A stretch of DNA of 64,000 nucleotides from Yuukianura sp. NJ FZ-2021 (Eukaryota). The notes beneath the pieces were generated by a model. It saw nothing but the letters and a program-made list of their open reading frames with translations. It was not told the origin of the DNA and ran no database searches. The stretch spans positions 14,694,001 to 14,758,000 of the forward strand of contig CM102290.1 in NCBI GenBank assembly GCA_046563655.1, written 5' to 3'. Within the stretch, counting starts at the first letter, position 1, and each line of letters starts with the position of its first letter. A program made the translations under genes and the position numbers. Below, piece after piece: positions 52,801 to 63,476 of the stretch.

Positions 52801-55800
52801 TGTGTCCAAGCGTCTTGTAACTTTGTAGCAGCGTTTTCACAATATTGCGAACAGCATTGGAAATGCTGGTCCAAGTATTTCGCAGTTTTCCTTCAGCAGC
52901 ATCCCAAAGTTTCATCAGTGCTGTTTCCAAATGCCAGTCAATTTCTTTCCAAATTTTCCTCATTTCAGCCAATCCGCTGCGAATTCTATCCAAAGCTCCG
53001 CCCACCAATTTTCCCAAAGTTTCAATCGTGTCGGACCTGAATTTTGCCAAATTGAAAAAAGTTTAAAAAAAAAATATACAAAACTTTATTTTTTTTAAGA
53101 ATTGAAATGGGGTTTCATTTTTTCTTAAAATTTTCCAAAATTTTACCAAGTTTCGTAGATTTTGTTGAACGCTGATTGGACAAGTTGTTCCAAATCCTTC
53201 GTGTAGAACGTGTTTCTTTGATGGACTTGTTTTACATATCGTGCTGCCTTCATGACCTCTTGGCCAATGACCTTGACCTCTTCTTTGCTAAATTCCTTCA
53301 GTTGTTCAAATGCTTGGGTCAAACTGGGGTCAACCAAGGTCAGCCGATCTTCAATTTCGTCGTTCACAACAGCCAGTGCTTTCGGCACCTCTTCGCTCCA
53401 GACCCTGCCGATCCATCGGGGAATCACTTCCGTCACGTATTGTTTCACCTCGTCAGCCGTTTGTGGACGCCAATGAACTTGAGTTGACAGAATTTGCGAC
53501 GCGTTGAGCTTAAAGGTCACGAAGAGGTCACGGATCGTCATGCCAAAGTCAGTTCGGCCGATTTTGAGTGACACTTCTTTGGTATGTGGCAGACCAGCAG
53601 TCAAGGTCAGCTCTCTTCCAGAATCATATTTGAGTCCACCGCGAATCAGGGGTGGGGACGCGACAAGGTCAGCTGACATCTCCGCCGATCCGGCCTTAAC
53701 ATACAGTCTAGGCTGGTCCAAGGTTGGTTTATATTCGAATTTCAAAAGTTGGCCTGAAGTGGTTGACCAGTCAACGTAAGTTCCATGGACGTCTGAGGTC
53801 AGCTCGAAGTTGACCTGTGCTTTTTCTCCTGAAAAGAGTAGATGTGAGGCTCCCAAGGTCACGGTAGAGTCGATCTGCTTGAAATGACCTGTGACCTCTG
53901 TGTTTGTTACAGGATGGGTCAAGAGCAACTGAATCTCTCTGTTTCTGATTCCGTCTCGTCTGAGGTCAAAGGTCAAAGTATTTTCTGGAAATGGATTTGG
54001 CTGAAACACAAACGAGAATCCTTGAAGGGCAAAGTTGGTATAACGCCGATGCAGAGTAAAGGTCAGGTCATGCGCAAGGGCAGAGTGAATGATGGTCAGA
54101 ACAGCTGATTTTGTGGAACTCCTCCAGGCAGTGACCTTTGACCTGGTCAGTCGGTAGCCACTTTGTTTCGTCGGATCTCTTCCGATATCAAACCGAATCA
54201 AAGCCGATTCGGTTTGTTCCTTTTGACTTTCAGATTTCTGTCGTTCGAGTTCAATTGACCTCCAAGGCAGGTCAACACGCATGCGCAGAACTTGTTTCGT
54301 GATACCCGCTTTTTTGGGCTCTTCGATCCAGGAAATACGGTAACCAGCCTCTCCAGCTCCGTGTGACTTTGGTTGGTTCCATTTGAGGGCCACTGAGTGC
54401 TCGAAATTGTTGTCACTGCGCATGTGCAAAGTGCTCAACTCTACAAATCCGTATTTTCCAGCGTGACCTTTGACCTTGAATGCTTTGTTTTTGAAGTTCC
54501 AAGATCCCGTGACCCCGGCAGTACTTTGTGACCTTGAGGTCAAATCCCAACAGACTTCGGCCATAACAGAGGACATTGGAGTGGATGTGTCGTAGCCAAT
54601 GGACAGAGAAACTGGACGGAAGAAGGGATTGTGGATGTCCAGAATGCGTTTTCCAGGTTTGTTGACCAGTTCGACGTGGATGACCTTGAGGTCATTGTGG
54701 GACAGGCCAAAGGTCACGTCCATGTTGCTCAAAAGGTCAAAGGTCAAGGAGTTCTGGTTTATGGGGGACAAACGATAAACGGCTGCAGCAGAACGCACAA
54801 TTTCAAACGGAGTTTTCAACCGAACTTCGCCTTCCATCAGACTCTCGTCCCTTAAAGAAAAAAGTATGAAATTTTAATTTTTTTTTTGTTGAATATTTCA
54901 AAATTTTGATTTTTTTGACAATTTTTTTTCGATTTTTTTTGACGATTTGGTTTGAATTTTGTTGCTTTGAAGTTTTTCTTTTAAAATTTTCAAAATTTTT
55001 AATTTTTTTTTTTCGAAAATTTTATAATTTTGAGACTCGTTACCTAATGACTCCAGTTGAAAAGAGGAAGAGTTGGTTGTAGTTGAGGGCCATTTCAGTT
55101 GAAAGTGAAAATCTCTTCGGTTGAAACAGCGTTTCAACTTTAGTTAAAAATTGGTACTCAGTTTCTTCTCCCATTTTTCCTTCGATTGACCCCAGGAATG
55201 ACTCAGGGGTCATGGTCCCTTCGATTTTCAACACTGGACGATAAGTACCCCAGGACCCTTCAAGTACCCCAGAATACTTGGACTCTTTGACGTCGCTCCT
55301 CATCCGCACAGAAAGTGGCGACATTTGCATCATTTCTGGCACCAGTTTCAACTCTCCCTCGATATCTCCAAGGCCGTTGTATCTAATTCGGTAATCGATT
55401 TCTACCCCAAGGGGTTTGCCCCAAGGTCGTTGAATCTCCACATGAATGTTGTGACCTGCACCGATCTCTTCGTAACTTTGAATTTGACCCAAGAGGTCAA
55501 ACTGCTCATAGCCTTTGAACGGTGACCTCAAAGTTATTTGCACTTTTCTGTTGTCTCTGTCGTTTTGAACTCTGGAGGTCAACAGGAGTTTGTGTTGGTT
55601 GACCTTGACCTCGACAGTGGCATCTCCCCATTGATTCCAAATGATGTTCCCGCCAAGAAGGATTTCAAAATGACGAAACCCGTCGATTGGACTGTTGGCC
55701 TCAATCTTGATTTCCATTGGTTCGTCGACGTCCAATCGGAAGCGATCGTAAGGCGTCAAGTTGACGTAGACGTCATATCGCTCCGGATCGTCATTCGGTT

Positions 55801-58800
55801 GTTGTTGCTCAAAATGGAACCCAAATTTTCCGTGAGTAGACGCCGATGGAATTTGGAATGAAGCTAAAAAATTCAAAATTTTAATTTTAGTTTCCTTTTG
55901 AATTGATTTCCTCAAAAAATTTGAATTTTGTTTAGTTAAAATGCAGGATTTGAGAGCAAGAAGGTATTGTGCTGGGTAGCTCAACAGTGAGAGCGATTAC
56001 CCGGAAATGGGAGATGTAGGTTCAAATCCCACTTTAGCCAAGTATCTTTTTTCTCTCTTTTTAGCAATGTGGAGTCAGTGGAAACTAACTGTTCATCGAA
56101 ATTTAAAAAATTCAACTGTAACTTTAAATTTCAAAGTAGTTTTTACCTCCTGCGGAGTATTTGACCTGGGCAAGTCCAATTGTGACCTTGGGATGAAAAT
56201 TTGTGAAATCGTTGGATTCGAAAAAGTTGATTCCAGAAGATTTGATGACAAAATTTGGCAAGTCGTCGACTGGCGTTCGGAATTCGATTTCTACGACATT
56301 TTCACCGATTTTTCCAGCGATCGTTATCCAGTCAATTGCTTTGAATGGAGTCATCAGTTCAAATTTGACCTCCATGTCACGGTAACTTTCATATCTTAAA
56401 GTTCCTTCTCCGCGGAACCTACTTCCAAAAGTGTCCAGGTCACCGATGAAACTGACCTCGTTTTCACCTATTCTCGCTCTGACATGTCCACTCAGTGGCA
56501 ATTCGCTCAAAAATGGACAATTTACAAAAAATTTCACTTCCCGCTCTTTTCTGTCCGCCGTAAATTCAAATTTGTGTGACGAAACTGTGTTGGCAATGAC
56601 CTTGACCTCGATCTTGTCCCAATCTAGAGAGTATTTCGTTTCAAATAGAAGTGGTTCTGCCAGTGGGGACTCAAATTTGACCTGGATTGACCCCTGATGT
56701 CCAAGGTCAACTTTTAGGCTCAGCGCATGCGTGGCTTGTTTCGTCCGGCATTCGACGGTGGCCGAAAATCCAGTTTCTGCCGGCAGAAATGATCCGACGA
56801 CCGAAACTTTTTTTCCTTTGAACAAATTTTGTGATTCGCCATTAATTTCGAAAAAGTGTCCATCTTGTTTTTTCGTCGCACCGAAACTTCCGAAATGTGT
56901 TCCGAACGATCCCGAAACTTTGAGTGAAGCCGAAACAGTCGATTGAGATGAAACGAACTCTCCAATGGCTCCAAACGACTCTTGGCCAAGTGACCCTGAC
57001 AAGTCCATCATCATTCTACCGGCTCCGATGTTCCGAATCTTGAAACCGACTTCCAGAGGCTGTGATTGGAGTACCGGAATGTTTCCAAAGAGCCGAATGT
57101 CGACTCCATCGTCGGTAAGAATCAAAGCCGTTTCGACCGTGGACGAATCCCGGTTGGCCGAAACGGTACTGCGCAGTCTCAGTTCTTGTCCAAGGTCAAT
57201 GACCCCGTCGGCTTCAAAACGCAGTGGAGAAGATTCGTGTAACACACTCGGCACGTGAGCTGTGACGTCAAAGTTGAAATTTTTGCCAAAAAGCCAGGAA
57301 AATTTGAATTCGTTTTCTCCATACTTCAGCCCGCCTTTGAAATCGTCAATTTCAAATTTCTGCGCTTCCAGCGATCCTTTGACGACGCTGGCAGCGATCA
57401 ATTCGCAGTCGATGAACCACTCAGCTCCAAGCTGTTCGTGACCTCCGATCGGCAGGTCATACCGGAACGCTCCTCGGTGGTTTCCTTTCGGTAAGGTCAA
57501 TGACCCCTCCAGTTCAGCATGATGCCAGCCGCTGATTGGTCGACGCAAGGTCCAATCGCTGCTGACCTCGACATAGTCGCTTCTTGGTAGAGAGATGCTC
57601 ATGCGCAGAACTTGTTCACTCATGAGTCCGAATTGTGACGACTGGTGCTGACCTGAGCGGAGAGAGCCCTTGACCGACAGTCGCCGGTCGCCCATGCTCA
57701 TTTCCAGGATTCCGACGACATTGGACTTGTCGACCATTTGCAAATGGATTTTAGCATCCACTTTCTGCCCGAGCACTGGAACGTCGACGCTCATGCGTGC
57801 AGCGATTGTGTCGTCTTTCGTGAGCAATTCAGCGCGAAGTCCGGATTTGACGCCTTCGTAAGTGACGAATCCATCGGCAGAGTATTCTTCAGCGTCTACT
57901 TTGTAGCGACCACTCACCTCAATTTCACTTGCCCAAGGAGACTTCACCGAAGCCTGAAAGTTCAACACAAAAACATAAACAATTGTCAGATAACTTCAAA
58001 TCCAACTTTGCAAATTTTTTTGAAAAGAGGGCAAAATGCGGGCAAAACGAAAACTAGAATTTGAATTTTAAGAGTTTCAAGTTTCTGTTGTAAAAGTTAT
58101 GCAAAATGTAAATTCATTGTAAGATGTGAAATGGTTTGTAAAGGTCCAATCCATTTGCAAATTTTGAGATGAGCGATGAGGTTACAAACTTTTAGGGAAA
58201 TTATGAATTTTTGCAAAATGCAAAAATGCTGTCTCTTGTGATATTTTTTGCGGCTATCGTAATATGGCATGACAGTTTTCTTGGAGGGAAGAGAAGCCTT
58301 TGTGCAGTCAGAGGCAGAGAAGCAGCGGAGCAGGAAGGACGCTTCCAGTCTTACTTTGGAAAGACAAGGTCAAAGGTCAAAGGTCACGCAGTCAGAGGTA
58401 AAATGCACATTTAGCTCCGACTAAAGATCAGCTCAGCTTTAGACACTTCATTGCTCCAGTCAGGAAATTGGTAAGAACACACGAAAATATTTGTGCTGGA
58501 AGTGTAACTTGTACGAAAAGGGAAAAAAGAGAAGTCAATAACATGCTTTTTTGTTTGGGCAATAGCGGAATCTGGTTGAGACAACATGGAATGTCAAAGG
58601 TCAAATGTCGCCGTAACTGGAAAGAACTACGAGTGTGATCAATGTCACAAATACTTCAAAACTGCACAAACTCTACGCCAGCATTCCGTAGTTCATTTGG
58701 AAGTTCGGCCATTCAGTTGCTCCAGATGCTCAAAAACATTCAACAGGCAAGATAGTCTTACAATTCACATGCGAGGACACACGTACGAGGGAATGTTTGA

Positions 58801-61800
58801 ATGCAGTCACTGCAAAAACAAATTCAAATCAAACTCAGAACTCAAACAGCATCTCATCATACACACAAATGTAAGCAAATACACATGCACTATCTGCAAC
58901 TATGCAGCAGCATCGCAGAGGAAGTTGGAGGATCATGTTGCAACACACACAAATGAACGTCGTTTCCAGTGCACGGAGTGCCACAAGAGATTCACAACAG
59001 AGATCCATCTGAAGATGCATCTGAGGATCCACGCTGGAGACAAGCGATTCCAGTGCAACTTCTGCACTTACGCATCCATAAGGAAACAGCATCTTGACAT
59101 CCACATGCGACAACACACGAATGAGAAACCATATGCATGTGTGTTGTGCACAGCCACATTCAAGTCACATGATGTGTTGAAATACCACATGGGAATCCAC
59201 ACTGGGGAGAAACCACACCCATGCAAGGAATGTGGCAAGGAATTCAGCAAATCCAGCACATTGAAGAATCATGTGAAGATGCATGCGGGAGTGAAGGAGT
59301 TCGAGTGCACAGAGTGCCATAAGAAGTTCACACAGAAATCACACCTCACTGTTCATGCGCGTGTCCATTCTGGAGAGAGGCCATTTACATGTAAGTTCTG
59401 TGACAAAGTATTTGCACAGAGGTCTCATTTGACCCGCCACCTTCGCATCCACTTGAATGAGAAGCCGTTTAGTTGTGGGAGTTGCCAGGCAGAGTTCAGA
59501 TACAAACGCACTCTGCTCCGTCACCGAGAGGAATGCTGCGTCGACGCATAAGTTACAAATTCTGTCCAACCATCTCACTTCATGTTATTAGTAACTATCT
59601 CCTTTAGCGCAGTAGGTAAGGTTAAGTAAGTAAAATTAAAATTTTCAAATGTTAATTGTTTGTTGATGAATTGTTAGTTATGGGATTCCTTCAAGAAGAG
59701 TAGCTCATAACTTCTGTATGCACTCTGTTTTTGTGTTTCAGTTTGATTAGTTAAATTTGTTGTTTAGTTAATGTTGTTTTAGGAATTATTGAATTTAGTA
59801 GTTTTAGTCCACTGACATCCACCACTCAAGTATTTTGATGCAATTCCTGTTTTGAGGTCATTGACCTCTAGACAAATCCAAATCCAGTTCAAAATGTAAA
59901 TAAAAAGTTCAGTATTCTTTGCATTAGAAGCAAACTATGAGTTGCTCCGTGGTTTCAAATTATTCCGAAGAATTTGAATAATTTCAACATTTTCAATTTC
60001 TGTTGGCTGAGATTTCTGTTTTTCTCTCACATGTTTTAGCGTTCAGTAAAATTTTGCATTTTTTGTGAAAAAAAGACGTGAGTCTCCAGAAGACTTTAAA
60101 GGTTGTTGGTTTTCAAAAGTATTGAGTTTTTTTGTGCTTTGCATTCGCGGACATACACCTTCTCATTAGTATAATAAATTCGTGACTATGGAATTCCGGA
60201 ATTACATTTTCTCATTAGTATTAAAAACATTACCTTCAGTTTCCCCTTGTTAGTTTCTCCAGAAAACCGAACTCCGTCGCCAGCATCCTTCCATTTGACT
60301 TGACTGCTAAAAACTGATCTGTCTCCAGTCTGTTCCAGAAACGACTTAAATCCAAAGTCATCTCCAACAGTGAAGTTCCACGAGTATTGTCCAGGCGTAA
60401 AGAAGTGATGTGACCTCAGGGTCAACCATTCCACTGAATTGACAGACAAAGTCATGTCAGATTCCGCTGCCTCCAAAACACTTTTTCCTTTTCTTCCTTC
60501 AAAATTTCCAGAAATGTCCACAGTTCTGGAACCCCAGTTGCCTTGGATACTCATTTTCCCATTTCCGTCTAACGTCGCTTCCAGCGCTGCATTCGGAATC
60601 GCTTCCCACGAACTTGTTAACTTAATTGAGCTTTCCAGGGATCCACCATTCGTCGGAATCATCACATTCGAGGTCAAGCTCAACTCTTCTCCCGCTACTT
60701 TAACATCTACTGAAACTTTTTTGTTGACCTTCCCCTCTCCTGATTCCATTTTTCCTTGAAGTAGTATGTTCTCTAGTCCAGGATAGCCTGAGGTCAAGGT
60801 CACCTTGACCTCTGACCCCCCAAAGGTCAAGTGAGCATGAAGGTCATGATTGGCCATTTGAAATGCGAGGTCACTACTGATTCCTTGCTCATTTCGGAGC
60901 CACCCAACTTCGGCTTTAACTGACGGCACAATTTCTTGAATGGGGCTTTCAAGGCGGAGTTTCAAGCCGAAATTGGCCCGCGGGCGGATAGAGGCCACGC
61001 CCCTCCAGTTGCCCGTTTGCAGCGAGTCGATTGAAATTGTAACTTGGCGGGTTCCGTCGCTTTCAATTTTGTAACCGGCTCGGAGACTAGCTGAAGCCGA
61101 AACGGTGACACTCGGAATGTTGCTGTCGACGTTCATGCGCAGCTCGATTTCCTGGGGATTATCTTTGGAAACGGTCGCCTGTGCTTTGACATTCAACTTG
61201 TACTGCTTCTGCGCAAAGAAAACTTCAACTGACTTGTCATTTGTACGCAGGTCATAAACGGCGTTGAGGTTAAACGGTTCTGAAATGGCTGGAGCGTTAA
61301 AGACCAGCTTAAGTTTGCTCATGAGCGGTTCAGCGACAAGAGTTGACGACAATGTCAATGCTGGTTGACGGTTTAGAGTGGATGAAATGTCGACGGTCAC
61401 TTCTCGTCCCATGACAATTTTACCAGACAAATTCAAATCTTGCATTGGCGGGAACGGCGTTTTGAGGCTGAAATCAATCAAACGGGCTGACTTTTCCTCG
61501 TTTTTGACGGATAAAGTCAGTTTGAGTGCTTGCGGTGATTGGTCTCCGACGTAGCTGACGGAAGCGCTGAATTTGTTCAGTCCAGCCTTAAGTGCTGCCC
61601 AGGAATACTGGACAGAAATTCCGCGTTCTGGAGCTTGGTTTTGGTTCCAGAAGAATTCAGCCTCGAGCGATTTGTAGTCTTCCTGTTTCCAGGATGACCT
61701 GAATGACCTTTGACCGTAAACGGGCAAATCGTAAGAGAGTTTGGCGTTGCCCTGAGCAACGGTTCCTTCCAGTGACCACTCGAGATTGATAGTTTCGTAA

Positions 61801-61901
61801 CCTCTGACCTTGGTTTGGATTTCGATGTGCCCAACTCTGAATCCCTGGATTTTGCATTTGACGTGGATGGAGTCACTACTTGGACCACTTTCAAGATGAA
61901 C
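49840..61901 (-). CDS. Large lipid transfer protein (apolipophorin/apoLTP-like), 3' portion; gene continues beyond the window end
   Basis: Exons (minus) 61901-60234, 57953-56147, 55863-55044, 54850-53147, 53036-52647, 52321-51096, 51019-50496, 50268-49840 with GT-AG boundaries. Long amphipathic beta-strand region, then a helical segment, a vWD domain (GDHHFLTFDQTYFRFAGDCSYIL..GLLGNYDNE), a Cys-rich C8-like region and a C-terminal ADVVFLIE domain. Subfamily assignment is inference. Confidence 0.85.
52376..52632. repeat. Degenerate GTAATT(ACA) repeat filling an intron
   Basis: Many GTAATT/AATTAC units in intron 52322-52646. Confidence 0.75.
55970..56039 (+). pseudogene. tRNA-like element, antisense in an intron of the lipid-transfer gene
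   Basis: TAGCTCAACAGTGAGAGC, GGAGATGTAGGTTCAAATCCCAC, acceptor GCTGGG/TTTAGC (G-U rich), then a T6 run. Confidence 0.65.
58056..58400 (+). promoter_or_regulatory. Conserved upstream block of ZF copy B (putative promoter/5' UTR)
   Basis: For example ATTTGCAAATTTTGAGATGAGCGATGAGGTTACAA and GTTTTCTTGGAGGGAAGAGAAGC are shared with copy A. The block ends in AGGTCAAAGGTCAAAGGTCA. Confidence 0.6.
58586..59551 (+). CDS. Tandem C2H2 zinc-finger-only protein, 11 fingers (copy B), nested antisense in an intron of the lipid-transfer gene
   Basis: Intronless 321-aa ORF and clear paralog of 47829-48887, lacking one 28-aa finger. It lies within host intron 57954-60233. A probable 5' UTR intron lies at ~58472-58565. 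Confidence 0.9.
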   Translation: MECQRSNVAVTGKNYECDQCHKYFKTAQTLRQHSVVHLEVRPFSCSRCSKTFNRQDSLTIHMRGHTYEGMFECSHCKNKFKSNSELKQHLIIHTNVSKYTCTICNYAAASQRKLEDHVATHTNERRFQCTECHKRFTTEIHLKMHLRIHAGDKRFQCNFCTYASIRKQHLDIHMRQHTNEKPYACVLCTATFKSHDVLKYHMGIHTGEKPHPCKECGKEFSKSSTLKNHVKMHAGVKEFECTECHKKFTQKSHLTVHARVHSGERPFTCKFCDKVFAQRSHLTRHLRIHLNEKPFSCGSCQAEFRYKRTLLRHREECCVDA

Positions 61902-61965
61902 CTAGGTCAAAAATGACAAAAGTTAACGAGTGGTGAGACAGATTCACTTACACACAATTTCCTAT

Positions 61966-62602
61966 AAGTGGTAGGAAATTCTGAATTTTCAAAAGTGGTC
62001 GGGAATTCTGAATTTTCACAAGTGGTAGGAAATTCTGAATTTTCACAAGTGGTAGGAAATTCTGAATTTTCACAAGTGGTAGGAAATTCTGAATTTTCAC
62101 AAGTGGTAGGAAATTCTGAATTTTCACAAGTGGTAGGAAATTCTGAATTTTCACAAGTGGTAGGAAATTCTGAGTTTTCACAAGTGGTAGGAAATTCTGA
62201 GTTTTCACAAGTGGTAGGAAATTCTGAATTTTCACAAGTGGTAGGAAATTCTGAGTTTTCACAAGTGGTAGGAAATTCTGAGTTTTCACAAGTGGTAGGA
62301 AATTCTGAGTTTTCACAAGTGGTAGGAAATTCTGAGTTTTCACAAGTGGTAGGAAATTCTGAGTTTTCACAAGTGGTAGGAAATTCTGAGTTTTCACAAG
62401 TGGTAGGAAATTCTGAATTTTCACAAGTGGTAGGAAATTCTGAGTTTTCACAAGTGGTAGGAAATTCTGAGTTTTCACAAGTGGTAGGAAATTCTGAATT
62501 TTCACAAGTGGTAGGAAATTCTGAATTTTCACAAGTGGTAGGAAATTCTGAATTTTCACAAGTGGTAGGAAATTCTGAATTTTCAAAAGTGGTCGGGAAT
62601 TC
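61966..62602. repeat. 27-bp minisatellite (~23-24 copies), unit CAAGTGGTAGGAAATTCTGA(A/G)TTTTCA
   Basis: Near-perfect tandem repeat seen directly, intronic, ending at the hAT TSD. Confidence 0.95.
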
Positions 62603-62810
62603 ATGTACAGGGTTCGAAGGCTGTAACTTACGTCCTGTAACTTACGTAACTTACGTACGTAAGTTACGTAATTTTCAGAGGGGTTGTAATTTTCGAAATT
62701 TTCATTCTTTTGAATTTTACGCGGGAGGGAGACAGCGTAGGAGTCAGGGGAGCGGGAGAAGTCCAAAATAACAAAAGAGCAGTGATTTAGATGATTATTT
62801 TTTCCGTTTT

Positions 62811-63232
62811 TTCTCGAGCAGACTGCTCGAGAAATACCAGGATATTCTTCGAGCAGTCTGCTCGAGAAATACCAGGATAATTCTCGAGCAGTCTGCTCGA
62901 GAAATACCAGGATATTTTTCGAGCACTCTGCTCGAAAAATACCAGGATAATTCTCGAGCAGTCTGCTCAAGAAATACCAGGATATTCTTCGAGCAGTCTG
63001 CTCGAGAAGTACCAGGATAATTCTCGAGCAGTCTGCTCGAGAAATACCAGGATAATTCTCGAGCAGTCTGCTCGAGAAATACCAGGATAATTCTCGAGCA
63101 GTCTGCTCGAGAAATACCAAGATATTCTTCGAGCAGTCTGCTCGAGAAATACCAGGATATTCTTCGAGCAGTCTGCTCGAGAAATACCAGGATAATTCTC
63201 GAGCAGTCTGCTCGAGAAATACTAGGATATGC
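62811..63232. repeat. 35-bp tandem array (12 copies) with palindromic core CTCGAGCAG-T-CTGCTCGAG
   Basis: Period 35, with cores at 62813, 62883, 63023, 63198 and so on. Constant linker AAATACCAGGATA(A/T)T. Confidence 0.95.
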
Positions 63233-63275
63233 TTCGTAGCTTTTCTTTCTGTTGTTTTAACTGGCTGTTATTGAA

Positions 63276-63476
63276 ATGCCACGAGTCAGAGATCCGATTT
63301 GGAACGATTTTGACCTTGAACCAAACCCGGGCAGTAAGATCCCCTGGGCAAATTGTAAGTTGTGTGATTGGAGACATGCAGGAATCCCGGACAGGATGAA
63401 ATCACACTTACAGAAACATCAAAACGTTGGCAAAGACTCCGAATCAATTGGGCCAAGTACGTCATGTTCACTTTAA
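63276..63476 (+). pseudogene. hAT transposase N-terminal remnant (BED zinc finger)
   Basis: MPRVRDPIWNDF...ANCKLC...RMKSHLQKH fits the BED pattern W..F..CxxC..HxxxH. No catalytic domain follows within the element. Confidence 0.75.

Noticed and set aside
53176..58064. Many plus-strand ORFs antisense to the lipid-transfer gene exons
   Set aside because: Shadow ORFs of long coding exons, with no independent domain signal.
59850..59872. Helitron 3' end (hairpin + CTAG) bounding the ZF cassette
   Set aside because: The hairpin overlaps the CTAG instead of lying ~10 nt upstream, I saw no equivalent downstream of copy A, and it is better explained as an AGGTCA IR1 palindrome.
61948..63120. Long ORFs of 390 aa (-) and 267 aa (+)
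   Set aside because: Translation artefacts of the stop-free 27-bp and 35-bp tandem repeats, inside an intron.
62811..63232. CRISPR-like array of palindromic repeats
   Set aside because: Intervening sequences are short and nearly identical rather than unique spacers, there are no cas genes, the context is a eukaryotic intron, and the array lies inside a hAT element.
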